Assembly (NCBI GenBank): GCA_958009085.1
Contig: OY253677.1
Span: 248,001-312,000, forward strand
Source of the DNA: Protoeuglena noctilucae
Taxonomy: Eukaryota
DNA length: 64,000 nucleotides
Direction: 5' to 3'
In this document: piece after piece, positions 49,801 through 61,092 of the stretch
Position numbering within the stretch: position 1 is the stretch's first letter
How the letters are laid out: each line of letters opens with the position of its first letter
The notes under the pieces: model-generated
What the model saw: the letters and a program-made list of their open reading frames with translations, nothing else
What the model was told of the DNA's origin: nothing
Databases searched by the model: none
Made by a program: the position numbers and the translations under genes

Positions 49801-52800
49801 CCCCTCGCTCCCGCTCTCCTCCCTGTCCCCCCCCGCCTCCTCCGGCAGCCAGAATCCCCGCACCGTGGTCGTCCCCGCCCCCGTCCCGTGCCGCACCCGC
49901 GCCCACCCCGCCAGCGACCGCGCCCGCCCGCACTCGCCCCCCAGGTCCGGCAGAGTGGCGGCGGGCGGCTGTCGGTACGGCAGCGCCGCGTCGTGGCACG
50001 GGTCCTGCTCCCAGTCCTCCTCGTCCTCATCCGCCGGCCGCACCGACGCCAGCTCCGGGTGCGCACGGCAGTGCCTGCCGCAGTAGGCCACCATCGAGAC
50101 ACTGTCGTTGGTGGCGTGCTCGCGGACCTCCATGCGGAGACCGGCCATGCGGGCGCTGGGGGGGAGGGGGGGTAGGGTGAGTGTGTTGGGGTGGGAGAGC
50201 GGGTGCGGGCGTCGGCGGAGGGGTGCGGGAGGGGTGCGAGGGTGGGACGGCGAGCGAGCGTGGGGTATGCGAGGGATGTGCGAGATCTGGAAGGTCGCTC
50301 TGTGCGGGTGGCCTGGCATGGGGTGCAGCCCAGCCCAGTCGGCATGCAACCGCTGCCGTGTCGTGCCTTGTGCCTCTGCTGCCTCACCACAGGGGGTGGA
50401 ACGCGGTGTAGCACGAGTTGACCTTGCACTGTATTTTGGCCCCCATGGTCTGCTTGCAGCAGCTGCACCTCAGCTCCCACCGGTCGGGGGGCATGGCCGC
50501 GATGCCGTCGATGGGCTCCATGGTGGGGGACTCGCCCTGTGTGTGAGAGAGATGTGGGGAGAGTGGGTGTAGATACGACAGTGGTACAGTGCCGAGAATG
50601 GGGGAGCGAGGGAGAGTGCAGGGGGTGCTGAGCACATTAGGACACAGGGTCGGCGGATGGGATCGATGCATGCCCCACCATGCACCCATCGCACACACTC
50701 TCTCTCACCAGCACAAACACCTCCGGAATCCACTGCATGCACGTCAGGTGCGCCCACAGCCCCGGGATGGTCGTCGGCTTCAGCGCCCCCCCCGTCACGG
50801 GGCACAGGCAGCACTGCAGCGTGCGCTCGTCCGCACCCTTGGCCACCTCCTCACAGGCACTGGGGGAGGGGTGCGGGGGGGTGGATGAGGGTCAAGCTTT
50901 GTGGTAAGTGGAGGATTACAAACCCACTGTTGTCCCAGCCAGTTCAACTGCCACATGCCAGCACCCTCAGCCCCACCACCCCGCCCCGCCCTCACTACCA
51001 CCACCCCACCCCCACTGCCCTCACCGGCAGACCCACGCGTCGCCGACCTCGGGCATCTCCGTGACCCCGTAGCATCCCTGGTGCACCGTGATGGCGCACT
51101 GGGAGCAGCTGATGAACTGGTCGGCCTCGTGGTCCGTGTCGCCATCGCAGACGCAGCAGCGGTCAGGGGCGTAGCGCACGTGCACGGGCATGTACAGGCC
51201 GGCCACCACGGCCATCCACGGGTGGGGGAGCGTCTGCTGGCGGAACTGGAGGGCCAGGGCGGCACTGCGGGGGCGGAGGGGGTGTGGGGTTGGGGTCAGG
51301 TGGGGTGGTGAGGGGGGAAGGGCGAGGGTGATCGAGTGCCGTGTCTGTGTGTCTGCCTGTGCGTGTCTGTGTGCCCATGTGTCTGCCTGGTCTGTGCCTG
51401 CGCCTGTGCCTGCGCGTCCCCTCCGCTCCCCCCTCGCCTAAGTATGGAGGGTCCCTTGGCCACGCCCTTCTTCCTGGCGTACGGCTGCGGCTTCTCCTCC
51501 ACCTCCTCCGCCATCGTCGACGCCAGCATCGCCAGGGGACTCCGGGGGTCGCGGGGGGGGGCGCGGCGGGGGGGGGCGTGGGACGAGGCGCCAATCGTGT
51601 CCAGCCAGCGGCCGATGGGCATGGCGGATGCTGGGGGACAGGAGAGGGTGGTGGGTGTGAGAGTGGGTGTGGGAGAGAGGGAGCGGTGCGGATGAGATGT
51701 GCAGTGAAGCGACCTCGCCCGTCCCTGCTCCCGCCTCCCCGCACCGCTCCCCTCCCCTTCCCCCCCACCCGCTCCCCTCCCCAGCCGCTCACCTCCCCTG
51801 GGCACTTCGGGCACGGACCCCGGCACCACCTTGACCGATGCCTTCCACTTCTTGGCAGCGCTGCACCCCACGTGGGACTCCCACTGCGGGGAGAGACGCG
51901 AGGCGTGAGCACGGCTGGGGTGCCATGGCAGGGGAAGATGCGGGGCAGCGTGGGAGTCGTACGGGGTGAGGCGCACGAGATGACTGGGTTGTGGCTTGCC
52001 TCAGCAAATGGGCAGCAAAGATGGATACGAAGCAACGCTTTAGCTACGTCGCTGTGCTGACCACCACCCGTCCCTATCTCGCCCACATCCCCCTGTCATC
52101 TCCCTCACCCGCGTGGCACTCCACGTGCGCTCCCCCTCGTCCTCTGCCCTCATGCACCGACTGCAGCTGCACACCACCGCCTGCGTCGCCAAGTAGAAGT
52201 CACCGCGGACGCCATTGCACTCCACTGCGAGAGAGGGGAGACAGCGGTGGTGGCGATAGTAGGGTATCGGTGATGAGAGCGGGGGCGAGGCTGCCCGGTG
52301 CACTGCCCATGCCGCGTCCGCATGCGACGTCACGGCAATGTCGCATGGCCACCCCTCGTCCCTCGTCGCATCCCTCACCCAGCACACAAGTCGGCCAGTC
52401 GGTATCCACCGCCACTCCACCATCCATCCCCATCCCCATCTCATGGATCCTCGCCCCGCCGCTCCCCTCCGCCACTCCCGCCTCCGCCTGCCGCATCTGC
52501 GCCTCGTAGCCACGCGTCTCGTGGCGCACGCGCTTGGCAGCCGGCGCCACCAGGACCTCCCCGGACCGCTTCAGAGGGGCGAAGAGGTCATCCAGGGTGC
52601 GGTGCTGCTCGGGGGGCAGGGCGCTCCCTGCGCGCGTCATGGGAAGTCGCACATCAGCAACAACAAATGTGATGCATGCACTGATGAAGTGGGGCATTTG
52701 AAGTCGCGATATGTAACAAAGATGCCATGCTCACCAGTGCGCCTTAGCTGTCGGTGACATCCACCCCCTCTCACACCATCCGCACTCACCCGGCTCGCAC

Positions 52801-55287
52801 CCCATCCACGCCTGCCTGGCCTCCGCGCCCATGCGCCCCCACATCGCCACCGCCCCCCGCACCACCCCGCCCACGTCCCCCCGCACCTCCCCCTCCGCCT
52901 CCTCCCCCGCCCCGCCCCCCGCGCCCTCCCCCGGCCACTCCAGCCGCGCTGCCGCGCACGCCACGAACCGCTCAAACGCAGTACAGGGGCCCAGGGGGGC
53001 GTGGGGCGGCCGGCGGGGGCGGGGCGGCTTGGCGGCCGCTGCCCCGGCACCCGCGCCCCACCCGTCTACGGCCGCAATGTAGGCGCCACGCCCGCGGCCA
53101 CGCCCACGGCCCCTGCCGCGGCCCCTGCGGTGGCGGGATGGAGTGGATGGCAATTGGCGAGTGTGGTGGACGAGCAGCCGTTTTCTCTTACCTAGTCGCA
53201 CCACCATCGCTCTGACCCCTCACACCCCGTCACGCCACCCGCCCTCACCTCCCTCGCCCGCGCCCCCTCCCCGTCATCCACAGCGTCTCTTCGGGGATGT
53301 AGACGTGGAGCTCCTCCTCGTTCCACTCCAACCCCATCTGCAGGCCAGGCAAAGACACGGTGGCAGTATGGGGACGTGCAGTGTCGACACGCGGCAAGGT
53401 CACCACGACTCGCTATGACGCAACCACCTCTCTGCCGCGGCCTCACCTCGACGTGTATCCGCATCATGGCCTCCTTCCTCAGCGCAATCTCCTTCTCCTT
53501 GCGGCACCGGCGGCACACGTACTCTGCAGACGCCAACCACAGCAGCACATCGGTTCGGTCACTCGCACCCACCAGCAACAGAAGCCCCCACGGCCACTAG
53601 CATGCACCGCGCATCCAGCCACCACGCAGCGCCCAGGGTCAATCACACGCACACGCTCCCACCCCAAGCCCACCTTCGTCCGCTGGGTTGGCCATTAACC
53701 GCGCCGCCTCTGGGTCGCACTCGGCATGCACCCACTTGGCACACGAGTCGCAGTGCACCATCTCCTTGTCCGTGACCTGGGGAGACGACCGATGCGGGAG
53801 CATGCATCGACATGAAGCGCGATGGCATCAAGTGGCACAGCAGCACATCATGGCACAACACATGACAGCGCCGCGTTCATCCATCGCCAACCCCCTGACG
53901 CTCACCTGCCACACGCGCTCGCACACGGGGCAGAACTGGTCCTCCTTGTACAGCTGCCGGCACTTGAAGCACCGCCCGTCCGCCTCGGCCGCCCTCTCCC
54001 GGTCCTCACCCGCCAGGGGGGCCAGGCAAGACCGACACAGGCCCTGCTGCTCCGCCGCCTGCGGGGAGGGGTGCCATGGTGACACCGTGTCTTGCGATCG
54101 ATCGTGACGTGCGAGGGGCTCTCTCGCCAGAGACGGCCACACACGCGGCCCCTCCCTGCCACCCTCGCCTGCGTCAGGTCCAGCTCGGGCGGCATGAAGT
54201 TCTCGACGCCGGCGTCGTGGGCCATGGCCTCCGCGACGGCGATCTGAAAGGCCGCGGGATCCCTGCCGAAGGGGGCGACCTGCGGGGGCGCGGGACAAGC
54301 GGGGGACAAGCTGGGCGACCGGCACGGCGTCTGCGCCTCCGGGGACCGGCAAAGGCACGCGCCTGCTGATCGCAGCGGGAGATGAAGTCGCGGAAAGGAA
54401 CGACGGATCCCTCCGTAGCCCAGGCGAAGTCGCGGCCGTGCGCGGAGGGGCCCAGCAGCATGACGCACACGGCGTCCGCCACCGCGTTGCGGCGGATGTC
54501 CAGGGGCGCATGCTGGTTTGGGTCGACGATCAAAGCCTGCGGGAGGAGGCGGATCGCGGTGGGCGGGCGATCGCAGGGGGCGTGGCAGGGGCTGCGTGAC
54601 GCGAAACGTGCGCAAAGCTCAGATACACGGTCAGGCCAAGCTTTGCTGCCGATGCGCAGCGAGCTCTGGTTGCGATCAGACAATAGAAAAGCGTGCCCGC
54701 AGCTCCCCGCGTCCCCCGCCTCGGGGAACGGACGGCGGGGACGGGACCTGCCCCGCCTCCGGGGAGATGCTAATGGCAGGCAGGCGCGCGCAGGTATGGG
54801 GTCGCCTCGGTGCAGTGCCGATCCTAGACATGACAAGGGACCCGGAGCAGCAAATGAAAGCCAGAATGATCCAGGCTCGGGGAAGCACGGGCCGGACTTC
54901 CGGCACTGATCCCGGTTGCACCGCTGCGCAGCCCAATGAGGCAAGTTCGGCCCCACCCGCCGACCAGCATTAGAGAAATGAACGAGACTCGACACGAGAC
55001 GCGCCCCCTCAGCACGCGGGCACCGCGCGGGGAAAAGCTTGGTCACGCCAGCCCGGACGCCCGAAAAACGCCGCCTGAAAATCCGTTTCCAGCTTCATTT
55101 GGTCGATGTGGAAGCCGGTGGACGCGCACGGTCGTGCCCCGCTGCGCCCGCCGCCCAAGAGAAGCCCGGGAACGCGGTTCGGTGCGCTCCGCCCCCTCAC
55201 CGGCCAAAAGACCTGGGTCCGCGCCGTCCCGGTGGTCAGCCACGCTGCATCCCCGACGGTGAAGTCCTCCAAGGCAAACACCGTCAT
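43830..55287 (-). CDS. Trithorax-related histone H3K4 methyltransferase, ATX3/4/5 (SDG14/16/29)-like, many exons
   Basis: PWWP (EDFTVGDAAW...FWP|ALIVDP...CVMLLG...RDFAW), PHD (FCPVCERVW|..MVHCDSCAKWVHAEC), PHD (CCVCDGD..ISCSQCAITVHQGCYG), ePHD (CCLCPVTGGALKPT; CSCCKQTMGAKIQC), SAND-like KKWK motifs, Tudor-like VYWxDD motifs, SET (FGKSGIHGWGL; ARFANHAC; ELTFNYRF) and post-SET CDCGAPNCSGSMN. Stop at 43830-43832. Confidence 0.9.
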
Positions 55288-55664
55288 TTACTCCAGTATC
55301 GGCGGCGGGAAAAGGCCGGCAGAGGGCGGGGTGCCCATCCGTCGCGCCAGCGGGATTCTCCACGACGCTGGCCCCTTCTGCGGCTCTCTCCCGCGTGTGC
55401 CGACCTTGGGAGACTAGCGGGGGTCGGATCGCGGCGAGTGGTCCTGAGAAAGCTGAATTCTGACGGTTTTGATGCCAGATGTTGTCACGCTCTCCAGCCG
55501 CGCCACGCGCTCATTGCTGCAGTTTGCTATTCGTAACGCTCGCTGCCCTGGAGAGCCCCTGCTCTCAGTGCCTCATCGCGACACTCTCTGGAAGCCTCGC
55601 GCGCACCGCGATCCCGGCGACGCTTTGTGCCTTTTCAGGCCCAACATTCTCTCGAAGACATCGC
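55288..55664. promoter_or_regulatory. Short divergent intergenic region, likely a bidirectional promoter (ATX-like gene / DnaJ)
   Basis: 377 bp separate head-to-head ATGs at 55287 (-) and 55665 (+). Inferred from geometry only. Confidence 0.45.
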
Positions 55665-58151
55665 ATGGCATTCGCGACCATGCTCGCATCGACCGGGGGG
55701 GCCGGGGCGTGCCGGTTCAGGTGGGTGCCGGCGCTCAGGTGCCATGGAGGTAGTCCGGGCTTTATAGCAGAATGATGATGCACAGGGGGAGCATGTGAGG
55801 CGCGGGTACCCCTGGACGCGGCTCAGGATCGCTCCGGGCTCCGCGTGGAGGCCGCGCACCACGAACACTCTTTATCCCGGGCGGGCGCGCCAGCTCCGGC
55901 GCCTGCGTGGTCGTTGCGGGCGGCGGGGGTTTGCTTCCCCTAAGCCCGCGTCATGAGCTGGCTTTCAACGGCGGGGAGGCGCGAGAGCAGCGACAGAAGC
56001 CCGCGTTCGTGGCGGCCGTGCTCGCGTCGCGGCCAGGCGACTCCGAAGTCGGCATCGCCCGGCTGACCTGGTCCTCTATGTTTCCTCCGCAGGCCGGCTG
56101 CCGCGGTGGTTAGCAGGTCCAGCGCGTTTGCCGGGTGCGTGGCACCTCGGACGCTCGCGACGCCCCGCGCCGTCCTCCGCGCGCCCCGGGGCTCCCGGCT
56201 GGTCGTGCGTGCAGAAGAGGATTACTACCAGGTGACTTGATGCACACCGTCCGCCGCGGCCGAACGGGTCGTGCGCCCCACCGCCGCTGCGCGACGGGCC
56301 GCCCGCTGCTCTCCGCCGAAGATCCTCGGGGTGGGCCGCAACGCCTCCGTGAAGGAAATCAAGTCGGCGTATCGGGCCAAGGCCCGCAAGCTCCACCCGG
56401 ACGTGAACAAGGAGCCGGGCGCTGAGGAGCAGTTCAAGCGGGTGAGTGCGCTTTGGTTGCTTGCCCCCGCTCCCATATCATGCGCTGCAATGCCGACTGG
56501 TCGCCAGCCGCGAGCTGTGCTCACACTTCGTTTGTGGCCCGTGCGTCTCAGGTGTCCCAAGCCTACGAGGTCCTCAGTGACGATGGCAAGCGTCGCATCT
56601 ACGACCAGTTCGGGGAGGCGGGGCTGAGGGGCAGCTCGGGAGGCGCGCCGGGAGGCTTCGAGTACTCGGATCCCTTTGACATCTTCTCGCAGTTCTTCGG
56701 GGGCATGGGGGGCATGGGAGGCATGGGGGGCATGGGAGGTGAGGAGGGACGGGATAGGGATGAGCAGTGGCACGCAGACCGACACCAGGGGCTCGCTGAG
56801 GGATCTGCAGTGCAAAGTGCGACGGCCGCAGTCCCCGCTCGCCACGTCCCAAGCGCACTGCGCCCTTCGATTCTCCTACAGGCATGGGGGCGCGTGCCCG
56901 CCGGCCGATGAATGGGGAGGACGAGCGTGCGGACCTGCAGCTGGACTTCTTGGAGGCGGTGTTCGGGTGCCAGAAGGAGATCGACGTGTCCCGGCTGACC
57001 GAGTGCGGGACGTGCAACGGGTCGGGGACGGAGCCCAACACCACGCCCTACACGTGCAGCACGTGCGGGGGCACGGGGCAGGTGGTCACGGCCGCACAGG
57101 TGGGTGCTGGGTGCAGTGTTGCCGGGCAGGGCACTTTGCTTGGTGCGGTGACGAGTCTGGCCTGCATCCATTCTTGTAAGCACGGTGCCGGCCCTCGTGC
57201 CGTTCCAGCGAGGGGCGCGTCGTCGGCAGTATCGCTTCCTGTGCCGTGCTGGCTAAGCGTGAGTTCAGCACAATCAATCGCTGCCTGGTCGCTGTGTTCC
57301 GCAGACCCCCCTGGGCGTGCTGCGGCAGGTGACGGCATGCCCCGACTGCCAGGGCACCGGGCAGCGCTTCACGCCCTGCAACAAGTGCGGGGGCGAGGGC
57401 CGCGTGCGGGAGCGCAAGAAGATCATGCTGCGCATCCCAGAGGGGGTCGACTCGGGGTCGAGGCTGCGCGTGCGGGGGGAGGGCAACGCGGGCAGGTGAG
57501 CGAGCGCGGGGCGGGGCGCTGCACCGAGAGCGCGTGGGTGCGGGACCAAGGACGATCGCGGCTTGTATTTGCACGTCAGTCTGAGGCACCGCCGATGCTG
57601 ACACCTGGCCGGGTCCGCTGAGCGGGCCCCCGAGGTCCCCCGCTGCAACGCGCCTTGGCTGCCTGTGCGGGCTCATCTGTTAAGTTATGATTGTGAATGA
57701 CTCCACGAGCAGCTGACCAGCACACGAGTGTTCTGCGATGCGTCCCCGCCCCTGCAGGCGTGGGGGCGAGGCGGGCAACCTGTACGTGTTCATCAACGTG
57801 CGTGAGGACGCGGAGCTGGCGCGGGACGGCTTCAACATCCGCAGCACGGTGGAGATTCCCTTCACGGACGCCATCCTGGGGACGACGGTGCAGGTCCGCA
57901 CGGTGGACGGCCCCGTGGACTTGAAGATCCCCTCGGGTACGCAGCCCAACACCACGCTGCTCATGTCCAAGCGGGGGGTGCCCAAGATGGGGCAGGGCGG
58001 GGCGCGGGGGGACCACCTGGTGCGCGTGAAGGTGACCATCCCGCAGAAGCTGTCCGGGGAGCAGCGGGCGCTGGTGGAGCAGCTGGCGGCGCTGCAGACC
58101 AAGGAGGAGCGGCCCAAGGCGGGGGGGTGGTTTGGGAGGCGCAAGGAGTGA
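55665..58151 (+). CDS. dnaJ: Type I DnaJ/Hsp40 co-chaperone, chloroplast-targeted
   Basis: Transit peptide ending [13 protein letters not shown]-domain with HPD (KLHPDVNK), G/F region, four CxxCxGxG motifs, and C-terminal domain ([29 protein letters not shown]). Confidence 0.96.
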
Positions 58152-58435
58152 GGGGAGCAAAGGGGGGATGTGGTGGAGGTTGTACACGGGTGGGGTGGTG
58201 GTTGTATCTGACGTGTCTGGTTGTCGCGTGCCGCGGCGTCTGCTTGCCCCACGCGGCGAGCGGTGCTCAGTTGAAGCGCTGTGTCAGGACGTCGAAGGGA
58301 AGGAACTTGCGGGGAAGGGGACAAGCGGTCGAACGCGAGTGGCAACACGAGAGTGGCACAGACACACCGCGGGTGTCACCCTCAGTGCAACAACAGACGA
58401 CCCCACAGCACAGAGAGCGATTGGCGGCCCCGTCT

Positions 58436-60833
58436 CTATGCGTCGCTGCACCCCACCACGCATCGACCCCCCGCGTACACCCGCTCCACCCCCGGCCTCT
58501 CCCCACATACCTCATTTAGCCCTCCCCGTGCCGCTCGGCCCATACACGCGAGCCACTCCAGTACATCCGAGTCCCACACCACAAAGTCGGCGTGTGCCCC
58601 TGCCTCGAGCGTCCCTACCTCGCCAGCCATGCCCATCGCCTCTGCCGCCCACGCCGTGTCCATCGCCAGGGCCTCCTCAGCACTCGCGCCTCCCCACGCT
58701 CTGCCCGCGGTGCCTGGCACCCCCGCCACCGCCGCCAGCATGCCGCCGAGAGGGTCCAAGTCGACGATGGGCCAGTCGGACCCGGCAGACACGCGCACGC
58801 CGGCATCCAAAAGGAGGCGGAGGGGGAAGGCGCGAGAGGGAGTGGCACGAGATGGGCCCAGGCGCTGCTCCTGTGAATTGGGGCGAGGACGAGGGCGAGA
58901 CTGAGGGTGAGGGCAAGGGTGGAGGCGTGGGTGAGGGTGAGAGGGGATCAAAGGTGAGGGTGAGGGTGAAAGGCGGGTGAATTAGCATTGGAGCCTATCG
59001 CCGTACGCGCCCAACCAGTTCCTGTCTCAGCCTCCTTACCAGCCCAGGGATGTCGATGGCCATGTGCAGCGGGTTGACCACAGCGCGTATCCACCCCGCC
59101 GCCAGCAGCTCCGCCGTGGCTGGCCCGGAGATGTGCTGCACGTGCTCAATGCGGGGAATGCCTGGGACGCCGCCGCGCAGGGGTCCCCACTCGACCTCTG
59201 CTCGCGCCTGGGCTCGCAGCAGCGCGCCCGCGACCTGCAGATGGCACGAAGGGAGGGCGTGGGTGCGTAATCCACTGCTGCAGGCTCAGCACGACGACAT
59301 AGACCTCCATCAGTCATGGCACCCACGCACCTCGTCCACGGCGCGGTCGCCGATTGCATGAACCGCCACGCCCAGCCCCGCCGCCATCGCTGCAGCCGCC
59401 TCCGCCTCCAGCCACGCGGGATCCACCAGCGCCACGCCCGTGCCATCCCCGTCTGCGTAAGCGTCCCAAAACCACGCCGTCCGCGACCCCAGCGTTCCGT
59501 CTGCGAACTCCTTCACGCCACCCAAGGACAGGCGGCCCCCAGTCCACCCCCGCAGCGCTGCCTCAGTCCCCGCCAACTCTGCCACCCTGGCCCACAGCGT
59601 GATCGGCAGGTACGACTGCGAGAGAGAAGAAAATTTGGCGCTCGTTAGCACCACTGCGCTCCCCGCAGAAAGCGCCAAGGACCAGGGTGAGCTGGCGATT
59701 CCCATGACGTTTCAGGGTGCCGACTGCCGTTACAACCCAAACAAAGCTCACCTCCCACACTCGCAACAGCAGCAGGCTCCCCTCTATTGTGCATCTCACC
59801 CTCACGCGCAGCAGCAGCTCCCCGTCGTGGTCAGCCGCAGCCAATGCGCCCGTCCAGTCCAGCAGTGGCTGCTCTGGCCCCATGCTCCACGCAGGCTCTC
59901 CCATGTCCCCCACCGCCGTCACCCCCCTCGCCAAGGCCACCCCCTGCGCCCGCATCACTGCCTGCCGCCGTGCCTCAGCACCCGGAGCAGGGACGGCCGC
60001 CGTCACGCGGGCCATCGCCCCTTCGCGCAGCAACCCCGTCGCTGTGCCGTCCGCTCCGCACAGCACGAGCCCTTGCGCCTCCCCGCACCCATCCAGCGCC
60101 ACCCCGCCCGCTGCCAGGGCAGCCGTGCTCGCCACGCCCGCATGGGCGCACACCCGCCGCAGCCATACGGGGCGACCCTTGGCGGCCGAGTCCAGGTCCT
60201 GCGAAGGTCAGGGCCACGCAAGCGCTAGCGGTGGAGTTGCCATTGGTTGCAGCCAAGGCCAGCAGCCCCCGACCCAGCCGCGCCTGACGCGTGGGAAACC
60301 ATCCTCCCATGCGGCCCTCGTCCCAGCCATAACCGAGCACCCAGTCTCCCGGGTCGCCCAGCCCCTCCGCCGCGGCCCTGACTGCGCTGAGGAAGGCCTC
60401 AGGCGAGGCCACGGAGCTGAGGTCGAGGGGCGGGAGCATCCCCGCGGGAATGAGGTGGACATGGGCGTCGACCAGGCCAGGGGTCACGAACGAGTCCCCG
60501 AAATCCAGGACGGAAGCGTCACACGCGTCCCTGCAACACGAGGACGCCAAGCGCGCTCGGAATGCGCATCAATGTCGCACTGGTTGTAACCGATATGCAT
60601 CGTCTAATTCCTCACCGATTGTAGCCGCGGCAGTCATCCGCGTCGCTCCCCAGGAACTCCACGTGGCCTTCGCGGATGACGAAGCAAGACGCGCTGCCCG
60701 CAGAGGGCGAGGCCCACACGCGGCCCACGACGACAGTCTTAGCGACGCAGGGAGAGTGTCGCACGAGCACTGAGTGATGGCACGCTGTCGTGGCAAGAAG
60801 CGCTGCCGTCAACAGTGCGCCAAGCATTCGCAT
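58436..60833 (-). CDS. Amidohydrolase family 3 (YtcJ/LAF3-like)
   Basis: VTPGLVDAHVHL, WVLGYGWDE, ATGLLREGAM, GVKEFADGTLGSRTA, AVHAIGDRAV, RIEHVQH, GSDWP and GTLEAGAHADFVV. Hydrophobic N-terminus. Confidence 0.92.
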
Positions 60834-61092
60834 GACCCGTGGGCCTGCGCGCGCCCGCCCTCGCGCCCGCAATGTTCCGCAATGACGAGCGACGCTTCTA
60901 TTTTACACCACTGAACCGCGGGATTCAAAAGAAAGATGGAAATCTACTAGACAGACGAGGGAAGCAGGGCAAACCCCCGCCAGTGAGAGGAGCGCTACGG
61001 GTCAGAGGCTAGAGAGTCGCAAGGCACGCCTTCACATGTCTGGCGCGGGCGCGGGAGGAGATAGCAGCCCCCACCCTGCCCGGCTGGGCCGC

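Noticed and set aside
55770..55900. ATGATGA C-box-like motif in DnaJ intron 1 (possible snoRNA)
   Set aside because: No suitably spaced CTGA D box, terminal stem or rRNA-complementary guide was recognised.
56700..56740. GGCATGGGG tandem repeat
   Set aside because: It encodes the ordinary GGM repeats of the DnaJ G/F region.
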